The notes beneath the pieces were generated by a model. That model ran no database searches. It was given only the letters and a program-made list of their open reading frames with translations, and was not told where the DNA came from. This document shows, in pieces, positions 50,101 through 61,385 of a DNA stretch of 64,000 nucleotides (the stretch's first letter is position 1; the number at the start of each line of letters is the position of its first letter). The stretch is from Takakia lepidozioides (Eukaryota > Plantae > Bryophyta), in contig CM060731.1 of assembly GCA_030704615.1 (NCBI GenBank), positions 930,001-994,000 of the forward strand. The letters are read 5' to 3'. The position numbers and the translations under genes were made by a program.

Positions 50101-52469
50101 CATTGTGTTTTTCATGAATGCAGGTACTGTAAGTTCTCCTTTTGGAGAAAGGTCATCTGTCTTTCGAGCCACCATTCTTCCTGGCATGGAGGAACCCTGG
50201 GGCTGACTCCATGTACACTGACGATATTGTGAAGGAGTGGCATCTGGAACATTTGCGTGATTGCCCTTGGTATGTGGACCTTCCGCCCGGCTCGCTCGAC
50301 CCATCCGAGTTTCAATTGAAGCTGGATGCTGAATTCCGACGAAACCGGGCTCCGCTGCCTCCGTTGGGTGCAAAAGAGGCAAAAGCGCTTGCGAACTCCA
50401 GGAAAGCGGCAGAGCTTGCTCAGGCAGGAATTCAGGAGAAATTGCATGAGAAGAGTAAAGGTCAAAGGAAAAGGACAAGGAAACAGGTGACTGCAGTAAC
50501 ACCCAAAAAGAAGAAAACCATCGGGGCATCGGAGGAGGCGCAGGAGGGGACCCAAGAGAGTGACTCCGACGATTTTGTTCAAGGTCCTGCGACTGCTGTT
50601 GCTCCTACCCAGTCACCGGTCGTCCGGGTTCCCAAGTCAGTTCGGAGTGGGACTGGCTCTGCCAAGAAGTTGGCATTTGAGGGCGAGCCTACACGGCGGT
50701 ATTCGGCGGTGACGTTTACGCACAGGCCAAAGCTAGAACCTCCAACCATCATCCAATGCGTCAATGAGAGCTTCCTTGACGCTCTCGCTGCCAGGGCGAA
50801 GAAGGTGGCACACAACAAGTCTCTGGCGGAGCAGAAGGGGAAAGCCAAGAAGAGGGCTGCCGGTACAGAGCCTAAAGACACCCCTGGTTTTGAAGCCATG
50901 ATGGAATTCTTCACGGCTGTGAGCACGAATTGCAAGAGCACTCGGGGGGGGGTTGAGGTGGAGAGAGCTTGCGACATGATTCTCCTCGACATTCCAGATG
51001 GGGAGCTGCTGGAGGGCCTGGATGGTGTGCCCACCTGGAACAGGTTTACTGAGGACTACTGGAAAGCCGGGTTTGGGCTGGCGGGGATGCTTCTGGATGA
51101 CGGTGGATGTGTGGTTGTCCTTGCCACGAGAGGGAAGACCACAGAGAATGCGGTGGCAAGGTGGACACCGAAAAGTGTCACCCCGGTCCTCCTCAGAAAA
51201 TGGTTCTGCATCAGTACGCAGGGGTTGCGAACAGAGGGCCAAAGTGTAAGTTATCAATCTATTGCATTCACTTCATATTGTGGTGTATGTTAAGTAGACC
51301 CTGGAATTGATCCCTTCTTTGTTGGATGTGCAGACATTGGTGTTTGAGGCATATTGCTTTGTGAAGAGAGGGTCTACGTTCAAATTCCGCAACGACGGTC
51401 GTCTTGTTGATGCCGCTGTGGACCCTGTAACCTACGATGTCCTCTACAACTATGTGCCCCACTCCAGTATGCCGAAGGACACAAAGACAGGCAAACCGTG
51501 GCGGTACAGCCGGACCCGGAGCCCTGCTTTCATCCAAACCCTCATGGAGACGTGCTCGGATGTCCAAGGGCGGATTCTGGACCTCACATGCGGCACGGGT
51601 AAGCCTTCACGTGCTCAGTTTGTCCCCTGGCCCGATTGCAATTGCATGCCGCAAGCTATTAACCGCCCGCTTTGTTCCTCAGGTGCTTCAATGTGGGCAG
51701 GGACGTTGTCCGACAGGCATGTGTTCGCCTTCGAGCCAGATACTGCCCTCCACAACTCGGAACTTGCAGCGGCTGAACGTCTGCCGAAAGAGGAAGAGGC
51801 ATCCTCGGAGGATGAGGAAAAATCCGAGAAGGAGCAGGGGGAGGAAGTTGGGATCGAGGCCGAGGAGCCCCCGGTTTACGAGTGAGTGGTGGCATTGTAA
51901 GTTGCCTCCAGATTTTGTGAGGCACCTCCCTCCGCTCTCTTATTTCATTGAAAACCCTTTCTGGTTGTGCTGGTATTGACATTCTTGAAGTGGATTTGTT
52001 CTTACTGTAGGATGCCAAGTACTGCCGGAGGGACGTCTACACCGGAGTTCATGGGCAGGAGGAACGTGCCTTTTTTTGCCAGGGGGGATTTCATGCCTAG
52101 TCCAGAAAGGGAGTACATCCTTCCTACTTATGCTGCCCGGCTTGCTTCGGTGTCCATTAGGAGGTGTTCCGAACGTAGTCGTGTACAGCAGATTTTAGAC
52201 GAGGCAAGCCTCAAGAAAATGAAGATGAGGGAGGAGGCAGCAGCTATTAGAGCCCGTCGGGCTCGTAGATTTGTGTTGATTCTGCTGAGGAAAGTGGGGG
52301 AGAAGACGCAGAAGATTCCCAGGAGGTGAGGTGGACAGTCCCCCAAGGAGAGGACGGGATTTTTGAGAGGCATAGTGGAACTGATGCATCACAGAGCTCG
52401 GAGGATGAGGGGGATGAGGGGGATGAGGAAGAAGGTGGGGCAAGTTCCTCGGAGGGTGTAGGAGAGTAG
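47175..52469 (+). CDS. Multi-exon (~9) gene: ParB/Srx-like domain, helical region, beta-class N4/N6 DNA methyltransferase-like domain, acidic tail (left copy, small frameshifts)
   Basis: ParB-like: IPLCRL...RP...IDKLKFSF...FYVWDGNHRLLAW...AMADIN (47980-48430). MTase-like: CDMILLDIPDG, LLDDGG, RSPAFIQTLMETCSDVQGRILDLTCGT|GASMWAGTLSDRHVFAFEPD. GT-AG introns at e.g. ~48428, 48735, 49122, 49333, 49644, 51246, 51599, 51882 (one acceptor near 50124 not phase-resolved). Confidence 0.78.
49710..50100. repeat. Intronic array of GGAAATTCGGCGCCATTTTCC and AGGGACTTAGCC motifs
   Basis: At least six GGCGCC-centred sites inside an intron of the ParB-MTase gene; a longer mirrored array lies at 56770-57300. 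Confidence 0.88.
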
Positions 52470-52689
52470 TGCCCATTCCGGCTATGACAGTTAGAACACA
52501 CTTGTATAGACGTGGCTTGCCACAAAATTTGCAATAAAATGTTGCATTTCAAGTCCACTGGTGCCACATTCCAACTTCACATGACCCTATTTCCGTGCCT
52601 CCTAACCCTATTTCCGTGGACTCACAATGGTCTGCTCATGCTTTTTTTTTTCCGCTCATGCTCATGCCGCTCATGAAATAGCAGCCCCC

Positions 52690-54171
52690 TCTCAGTAGCT
52701 CGTCGTCCCCTTCCAACGTGAGCAAATGTCTTCCGCAAATTGTTGCAGCCACCATGGAGGACCCGCATCCCGCTATTAGATCGACTATTGTTCCCCCTTT
52801 TGGTGAACACATCTCCATGAAGGTTTGCATGAACCTTGGGCTTTTCTCACGAGCCCCGCTGAAGAAGGTGCCATCTTGTCATTTGTGGAGTCTATCCTCT
52901 CTGGCCATGTTCCTCACCACATCCTCAGTGATGTTGTTGTGGTCGGTGTCAAGCTTTGCAGCTATCTCCCGCAAGTTGAAATTGGCATCCATGCCCCTCA
53001 GTAGGCAAAATGCATAGAAAATCACAGTCTGCCATTTCAAATTTCAGCAGGAACCCCGTGAGATCGATATTATATAAGAGAAGACCTATAATATTATGTA
53101 CAGGTTATGTTTGAAGAAACAAAATGCACTTTCTAGCTCCACAATTCTAAAATGAGTTATGACGACTACAACGTCGAAACCCCCCAACTTTGTTTGATAG
53201 TCGGCACCGAAGTATGAAATCCCGGCCTACAATGACTAACTAACATGACACACCATTCTAATAGTTGGTGCCGACTATGAATCCAAATGTGGGCCCCACT
53301 GAGACATAGTCTGTGCCGACTATGATCAAAAGACAATAGGCAACCCGAGACATAGTCGGCACCGACTATATATCTGTAGACAATCCATACCTACCACAAT
53401 GGATATTTGACGACTATTAAATACATTTTGAAGAAGATGTGATAGAGGCGATGAAAAGTTGAAAGTACTGAGCAAACAATTTAAGCAGTTTAAGCAGTTC
53501 GAACTTACCTGTGGCTGCCCTGCCTCTCCAGATTGAAGTGGTAGCCGATTGAGGTAAGTAGATTGCAACAATAACTTTAACATGAAGCCACCACTAGTAT
53601 TGCCAACATCTTACCTGGAACCACCATGTCATTTTGTCGCACCACAAGCCGAACACCACATCTGTGGGAGTATGTGGGAATTCCCCATTTTTCCATGTTG
53701 TGGAGTCAGAATTCCACAGCTTCAACCATAAAACCTTCTCCTTCGGGCTGTCCTTGCTCGTGGCAAACATCTGCAAATTCTCAAGAGTCATTTCCGGCTT
53801 CTGATTGACGGCAAGTGACTTGTAATGCATGGTTATCTAAAAAAGAAAGCCAGTTCCCAGTGCAGGATCGCAAATGGAAGAATATTTGGCGATTTTGGTG
53901 TACCACTTCGTCCTGTGCACCTGGAAATTGCTAGCAAGTTTCTTCGGAGAGCTCGGTGTTCTCACGGTGGCAGGCAGGTGGGCATGGGCATCCAAGCAGG
54001 CATTTCTAATTCTACGGAATCCCTCCTGATCCATATATTCCATGCGGGCATCCCGCGGCATAGTCATCCAAATCCGCTTGTCATTTCATCCCACATCTGG
54101 AACATTGGAAACTCTTTTCAAGTGCAGAAGGCACCAATGCAGGCCCAAGACCCTATAGTCGGAACCGACTT
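52690..54171 (-). pseudogene. Remnant of a diverged paralogue of the ParB-MTase gene (spacer of the inverted repeat)
   Basis: KIAKYSSICDPALGTGFL ~ RMVKYVAIADPALGADFL; WLKLWN...LWCDKMTWWFQ ~ WLQIWN...MWMNRMTWWFQ; REKSPRFMQTFMEMCSPKGGTIVDLIAGCGSSMVAATICGRHLLTLEGD (MTase motifs X-I-II). Confidence 0.85.
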
Positions 54172-54405
54172 GGGGGCTGCTATTTCATGAGCGGCATGAG
54201 CATGGCGCATGAGCATTGAGCGGAAAAAAAAAAAGCATGAGCAGACCATTGTGAGTCCACGGAAAAGGGTTAGGAGGCACGGAAATAGGGTCATGTGAAG
54301 TTGGAATGTGGCACCAGTGGACTTGAAATGCAACATTTTATTGCAAATTTTGTGGCAAGCCACGTCTATACAAGTGTGTTCTAACTGTCATAGCCGGAAT
54401 GGGCA

Positions 54406-57400
54406 CTACTCTCCTACACCCTCCGAGGAACTTGCCCCACCTTCTTCCTCATCCCCCTCATCCCCCTCATCCTCCGAGCTCTGTGATGCATCAGTTCCAC
54501 TATGCCTCTCAAAAATCCCGTCCTCTCCTTGGGGGACTGTCCACCTCACCTCCTGGGAATCTTCTGCGTCTTCTCCCCCACTTTCCTCAGCAGAATCCAA
54601 CACAAATCTACGAGCCCGACGGGCTCTAATAGCTGCTGCCTCCTCCCTCATCTTCATTTTCTTGAGGCTTGCCTCGTCTAAAATCTGCTGTACACGACTA
54701 CGTTCGGAACACCTCCTAATGGACACCGAAGCAAGCCGGGCAGCATAAGTAGGAAGGATGTACTCCCTTTCTGGACTAGGCATGAAATCCCCCCTGGCAA
54801 AAAAAGGCACGTTCCTCCTGCCCATGAACTCCGGTGTAGACGTCCCTCCGGCAGTACTTGGCATCCTACAGTAAGAACAAATCCACTTCAAGAATGTCAA
54901 TACCAGCACAACCAGAAAGGGTTTTCAATGAAATAAGAGAGCGGAGGGAGGTGCCTCACAAAATCTGGAGGCAACTTACAATGCCACCACTCACTCGTAA
55001 ACCGGGGGCTCCTCGGCCTCGATCCCAACTTCCTCCCCCTGCTCCTTCTCGGATTTTTCCTCATCCTCCGAGGATGCCTCTTCCTCTTTCGGCAGACGTT
55101 CAGCCGCTGCAAGTTCCGAGTTGTGGAGGGCAGTATCTGGCTCGAAGGCGAACACATGCCTGTCGGACAACGTCCCTGCCCACATTGAAGCACCTGAGGA
55201 ACAAAGCGGGCGGTTAATAGCTTGCGGCATGCAATTGCAATGGGGCCAGGGGACAAACTGAGCACGTGAAGGCTTACCCGTGCCGCATGTGAGGTCCAGA
55301 ATCCGCCCTTGGACATCCGAGCACGTCTCCATGAGGGTTTGGATGAAAGCAGGGCTCCGGGTCCGGCTGTACCGCCACGGTTTGCCTGTCTTTGTGTCCT
55401 TCGGCATACTGAGTGGGGCACATAGTTGTAGAGGACATCGTAGGTTACAGGGTCCACAGCGGCATCAACACGACCCGTTTGCGGAATTTGAACGTAGACC
55501 CTCTCTTCACAAAGCAATATGCCTCAAACACCAATGTCTGCACATCCAACAAAGAAGGGATCAATCCAGGGTCTACTTAACATACACCACAATATGAAGT
55601 GAATGCAATAGATTGATAACTTACACTTTGGCCCTCTGTTCGCAACCCCTGCGTACTGATGCAGAACCATTTTCTGAGGAGGACCGGGGTGACACTTTTC
55701 GGTGTCCACCTTGCCACCGCATTCTCTGTGGTCTTCCCTCTCGTGGCAAGGACAACCACACATCCACCGTCATCCAGAAGCATCCCCGCCAGCCCAAACC
55801 CGGCTTTCCAGTAGTCCTCAGTAAACCTGTTCCAGGTGGGCACACCATCCAGGCCCTCCAGCAGCTCCCCATCTGGAATGTCGAGGAGAATCATGTCGCA
55901 AGCTCTCTCCACCTCAACCCCCCCCCGAGTGCTCTTGCAATTCGTGCTCACAGCCGTGAAGAATTCCATCATGGCTTCAAAACCAGGGGTGTCTTTAGGC
56001 TCTGTACCGCAGCCCTCTTCTTGGCTTTCCCCTTCTGCTCCGCCAGAGACTTGTGTGTGCCACCTTCTTCGCCCTGGCAGCGAGAGCGTCAAGGAAGCTC
56101 TCATTGACGCATTGGATGATGGTTGGAGGTTCTAGCTTTGGCCTGTGCGTAAACGTCACCGCCGAATACCGCCGTGTAGGCTCGCCCTCAAATGCCAACT
56201 TCTTGGCAGAGCCAGTCCCACTCCGAACTGACTTGGGAACCCGGACGACCGGTGACTGGGTAGGAGCAACAGCAGTCGCAGGACCTTGAACAAAATCGTC
56301 GTCGGAGTCACTCTCTTGGGTCCCCTCCTGCGCCTCCTCCGATGCCCCGATGGTTTTCTTCTTTTTGGGTGTTACTGCACTCACCTGTTTCCTTGTCCTT
56401 TTCCTTTGACCTTTACTCTTCTCATGCAATTTCTCCTGAATTCCTGCCTGAGCAAGCTCTGCCGCTTTCCTGGAGTTCGCAAGCGCTTTTGCCTCTTTTG
56501 CACCCAACGGAGGCAGCGGAGCCCGGTTTCGTCGGAATTCAGCATCCAGCTTCAATTGAAACTCGGATGGGTCGAGCGAGCCGGGCGGAAGGTCCACATA
56601 CCAAGGGCAATCACGCAAATGTTCCAGATGCCACTCCTTCACAATATCGTCAGTGTACATGGAGTCAGCCCCAGGGTTCCTCCATGCCAGGAAGAATGGT
56701 GGCTCGAAAGACAGATGACCTTTCTCCAAAAGGAGAACTTACAGTACCTGCATTCATGAAAAACACAATGAGGTCCGAAAATGGCTAAGTCCCTGAACGG
56801 CATGGAAATGGCGCCGAATTTCGGGCCACCCAGTCTAGGGACTTAGCCCTAAGTCCCTTAAACTGGAACGGCGCCGAATTTCCAGTTCTAGGGACTTATG
56901 GCTAAGTCCCTGAACGGCAATAGGGCCTAGAACTGGAAAACGGCGCCGAATTTTCGGGCCAGCCACCCTAGGGACTTAGCCGAAAATGGCTAAGTCCCTG
57001 ACGGCAATAGGGCCTGGAACTGGAAATGGCGCCGAATTTCCAGTTCAGGGCCAGCCAGTCTAGGGACTTAGCCCGAAAATGGCTAAGTCCCTGACGGCAA
57101 TAGGGCCTAGAACTGGAAAACGGCGCCGAATTTCCAGTTCCGGGCCAGCCACCTAGGGACTTAGCCCGAAAATGGCTAAGTCCCTGAACGGCAATAGGGC
57201 CTGGAACTGGAAAATGGCGCCGAATTTCCAGTTCCGGGCCAGCCAGTCTAGGGACTTAGCCATTTTCGGAGCCCTGACTGGAAATTCGGCGCCATTTTCC
57301 CTAACACCACTAGGCCTCTAACATCCTGAAATGCAGGACTTGAAAGAAAGGCAGCGCGTATGTACCTGTACAGAAGGCGCATTGCTGCTTTGTCCGCGTT

Positions 57401-59848
57401 CGGCTGGTCGGTGAACTCGTGGCTCCGGCGAGCATCTGCTATCTCCCGAAAGAATAGGTTGGTTTTGTAGAGCAGAAAGTACCTCGTCACATAGTCACGT
57501 AGGCTCTGCTGCAGGAGATATCTCCATCTTGAACTGATGTGCTTGTGTGTCCAGCTGCTCTTGCGCATTCGTCGTCACCTGTGGAGATTGTCCATCAGAT
57601 CGCTTTCCTCAAAAAATACAATGAATCCACCCCCTACTAGAGTAGAAGCCCCAAACGAAGCGTGGGGAAGTACCTGAAACCACCATGTCATGCGGTTCAT
57701 CCACATGTCGAATGTGGGGTCAGAGAGTTTGTCCGGTTTGGGGAAGCTCCACATGTCCCTGGTACTTTGGGAACCATTCCAGATTTGGAGCCACCGGGTC
57801 TGTCCAACCACCCAGCATATTCGTAAGCGCCAAACACCACAAAAAGGAGTTGTTGCCACCACAATTTGGTTAAGAATGTATCACCTTTTCTGTTGCATCC
57901 ACACAGGATGTGGCTAGACGATGGAGCTTCTCCAATGTCATCGTGGGCTTCAGAGCGCGAGAGTAGTGCTTCCCCACCTCCACCAGAAAGTCGGCACCAA
58001 GGGCGGGATCAGCTATGGCCACGTACTTTACCATCCGCGACTTGTACTTTATGCGGGCCCTCACCTCCGCAGCTTTGACATACGATTCGAGTTCCGGGAG
58101 GGTTGGATTCTTCTCCCTCTGACTCCATGTAGAACCTCCGCGCATGTGCCAAATCCTGCTGTATTTTCGTCTGTCAAAATGCGCACATAAGATTAGAGAT
58201 CCTGCTCAACACAATTTCTTCTATTGGGGGAGGAGAGACAGATTAGCTCAACAAAACTGTCAGGAGCTTTACCCGAAATATGTAGTCCACCATGGCGTCG
58301 ACGCTCAGCCTATACCAGGTTCTGTCTGCCTTTGCCTCCGACTTGCGCAGGAGGTCGGCACTGAGGGAATTGGCAAACTCTTGCACCCCCTGCTTCCCGA
58401 CATCCTTCACTCGGAAGAGCATATGGGACAAGTTGGTGGCAATGAAGGCATTCTCAGTCACCCTGCAGTGCCACATTTCCATCAAACAATACTGAAATGG
58501 GAATTTTCATCATATATGAGGATTCGCAATGAAATGACTTCCAAATTCAAAGTCCAAAAGCGAGAGGGGTTGTAGCTTACGAGTTGATGTCGGCCATTGC
58601 AGCTTTGAGAAGACTGCGATCTTTGGGCCCCGCAACCTTCAGCACAACACAATCCACGGCGAAATGCCAATCGAGGTCGTTGGGGTGGGCTTGGGCAATG
58701 TGCTCCATCCATGCCAGGAGGCGATGATTGCCGTCCCACACGTAGAACATCTTACCGGACATGTGCTGGAAAAGAGGATCACTAGCAATCGATCTCTCGA
58801 ACTCCTCATTTCGCGTTTGCCAATGGGGACCCCATTTGTCCACCTCATCGGAAGTGTGGGCACGGGAAGCTCCGTGGTCGTTCTCAATGGAAACGTAAAA
58901 GGCGGCAGACCCCATTCGATATCCATCCCGGAAAGAGAATTTCAGCTTGTCGATATCGCCTGGGAGGGCAGGTCTCACCACCTGCAATGACACCAAGCGG
59001 CAAAGGGGAATTCGAAGCTTGGCCGGGTACACCATGCCCCCCAGCACCCTGCCAATGTTGCTGTGGGTTGCCTCCAACATCTTGGCAGCGGCCAACTTCA
59101 TATCCGCCTCAGACATGACGTCTGCTGCAGAGGGGTTTTCCGGCAGCCCACCAGGACCGCCAAATCCAGCCTGTATGCTCCGGGTTTGGGGCCTGGGGAT
59201 GTCCGGGAGGATGTCATCCTGGTCAGAAAGCTCCATGTCGTCCTCCTCAACAGGGTCAGCCACCTGCGAAACCACCTCCAGCACTCTCGTCGTCTCTACT
59301 GCCCTCTCCTGGCTTCACCTCGAACTTGCACAATCCGTGCTCTTTCAGGTGTTCTTTCCTCTCCTCCACTCTCCACCGTATGGGTAATTGCGGGGCTGCT
59401 CTTGCCCGCGATGGTCTAACCGGTGTGTACTGCCTCTCTCTTTGGTGTCTTGGAGGGATCCACCGTCTCTGTGCGTCCCTCGCTTACATTGGCATCTGTC
59501 ATTTGGGCACCCCTGGCCTCTTCAGCTGCCTTTTGTCTTTCCTCCTGGCTAGCATTCTGTCTCGTCTGTTCTTTTGCCCTCTCTTTTGCCCTCTCACGGG
59601 CTTTCTGTTTCTTACTAGGGCTAGCAGCAGGGGAGCCCTCCAGGACGACCACCTTTGATTGAGGCGAACTGACACCCTCGCGCGCACTGCTCACTCCCCC
59701 TCCGCAGCCCGTGACGCTCTCTCGCCGGGGATTGCATGTGCTTAGCTTTCTTCTTTTTCTTTGCGTGGGCGGGCCCTACTGCATGTGCATGAACAACCTC
59801 CATTGCCGGATCTGCTGTCCTCATGTCCTCACGCCCTTCACCTGCCAT
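54406..59848 (-). CDS. ParB/Srx-like + amino-methyltransferase-like gene, right copy
   Basis: ORF 58577-59284 holds the uninterrupted ParB-like domain; MTase exons lie at ~54990-56100; its frameshifts are at different positions from the left copy. Confidence 0.78.
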
Positions 59849-60309
59849 GCGCCTGCACCAACCTCCCCAATGCCTACTCTGTCGTAATCTCGTTGCAAGT
59901 CCTCCCGTCCACCAACAAAAGGTTTAAGTTTGCCCTCTCGCCCCAAGTTGGGCGATTCAAACATGCGATGAGTTGGAGCTGTCGATGATACCACCAGCGT
60001 GCCGGGCTCGTCGTCACTCTGTCATTGACAAAAATCGTGAAACCAACATCGGTGCAAAAAGCAGCAGCGCAACCACCATAGCAACATCATGTAGCAAAAA
60101 TGAAAACATAACAAGTTTAGGAAGTATGGAGAGCCATGCAACAACAATGAAAACAAATGCAACCATTGCCTAAGAATGACATGCACAAGCAGCCTTCTCC
60201 AGAGCTGCCGGATTTGCACACGCATTGCAAACAATCTAAGGTTCACTCAACTATCTAATTCACTCATAAAGCAAACCAGGATGAAGATGAAAATTTCCAA
60301 TTCGAAGCA

Positions 60310-61090
60310 GTTTTAGTTGCTGGATGGAAATTCGGCGCCGGATTCGGCAGGATGGAAATTCGCGCCGGAGGACGGCGCCGAATTTCCATATTCGGTGGAA
60401 ATTCGGCGCCGGGGGGGCCTGGAACCATCGCATGGAAATCGGCGCGGCGGGGATGGTCTCTGTCGGAGAGGTGCCGCCTCTCCGCCGCTCTGTTGGATAT
60501 TCGGTGCCGAATTTCCGTCCCGGGGGTTGAAATATGACTGCCAGGTTCCGACCTCCCCCCTCCCGACTGCATTGGAACGGCCCGAATTGAAATTCGGCGC
60601 CGTTTTCCCATCTGTGGAGGTTTTTATGTCGGCCAGTTTTCGTCTGACCCCGACAACACTTCCTTTGGGGGGGCCCGGATGGAAATTCGGCGCCGAATGG
60701 CCGTCCAGGGGATGTTCTCTGTCGCACACGGCCGGCCTCTGTGCCCCAGGCGACTTCATCCGGGCGTCCCCTGTTCGATATTCGGTGCCGAATTTCCGTC
60801 CGGGGGTTGAAATGTGACAGCCAACTGCGGCCACTCCCCCCTCCGACTGCATCCGAATCGCCCCGGATGGAAATTCGGCGCCGTTTTTCCATCTGGGGAT
60901 GTTTTTATGCCGTCCAGTTTTCGGCCTGACCCCCGACACGACTCCCTTTGGGGGGACCGGATGGAAATTCGGCGCCGAATCTCCATCCAGGGGATGTTCT
61001 CTGTCGCACACACTCCGGCCTCTGCGCCCGAGGCGACTTCATCCGGGCTTCCTCTGTTGGATATTGGGTGCCGAATTTCCATTCGGGGGT
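60310..61090. promoter_or_regulatory. Mirrored palindrome array (53-bp tandem block largely missing)
   Basis: Same ~288-bp units as 45350-45990; only a short degenerate cluster remains at 60320-60450. Confidence 0.8.
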
Positions 61091-61385
61091 AGTAATGTGA
61101 CGGCACGGTGCCGGCTTTATCCCCTTCAGCCGTCATCATCCGGACGGCCCCCCACTTTCTGACTGCATACCGTTGGCAGTTATTGCGCAAAGACCAGGGG
61201 CCGCATTCCGGAGACAAGGTTCATTAACACTCTGACTGTGGATTTTTGAGATAGTTGGCTCCCTGGATTTGGATCAGGCTTCGTCGCTCGGACAAATCGG
61301 CATCGCATTCATTCCCATCGCTGCACCCCTTCTACCAGGGAGCTTCCCCGCACGCCATCCTGGCAGTCTTGTGTGCACATCTCCC

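Larger units (their letters stand above)
42464..52689 (+). repeat. Left arm of a giant inverted repeat (MULE copy 1)
   Basis: Reverse complement of 54172-64000 throughout; ends at ...GCTCATGAAATAGCAGCCCCC (52689). Confidence 0.95.

Noticed and set aside
47175-52469. Bacterial or phage contamination as the source of ParB/MTase
   Set aside because: The gene has multiple GT-AG introns, including one within MTase motif I, and is contiguous with plant TEs and genes.
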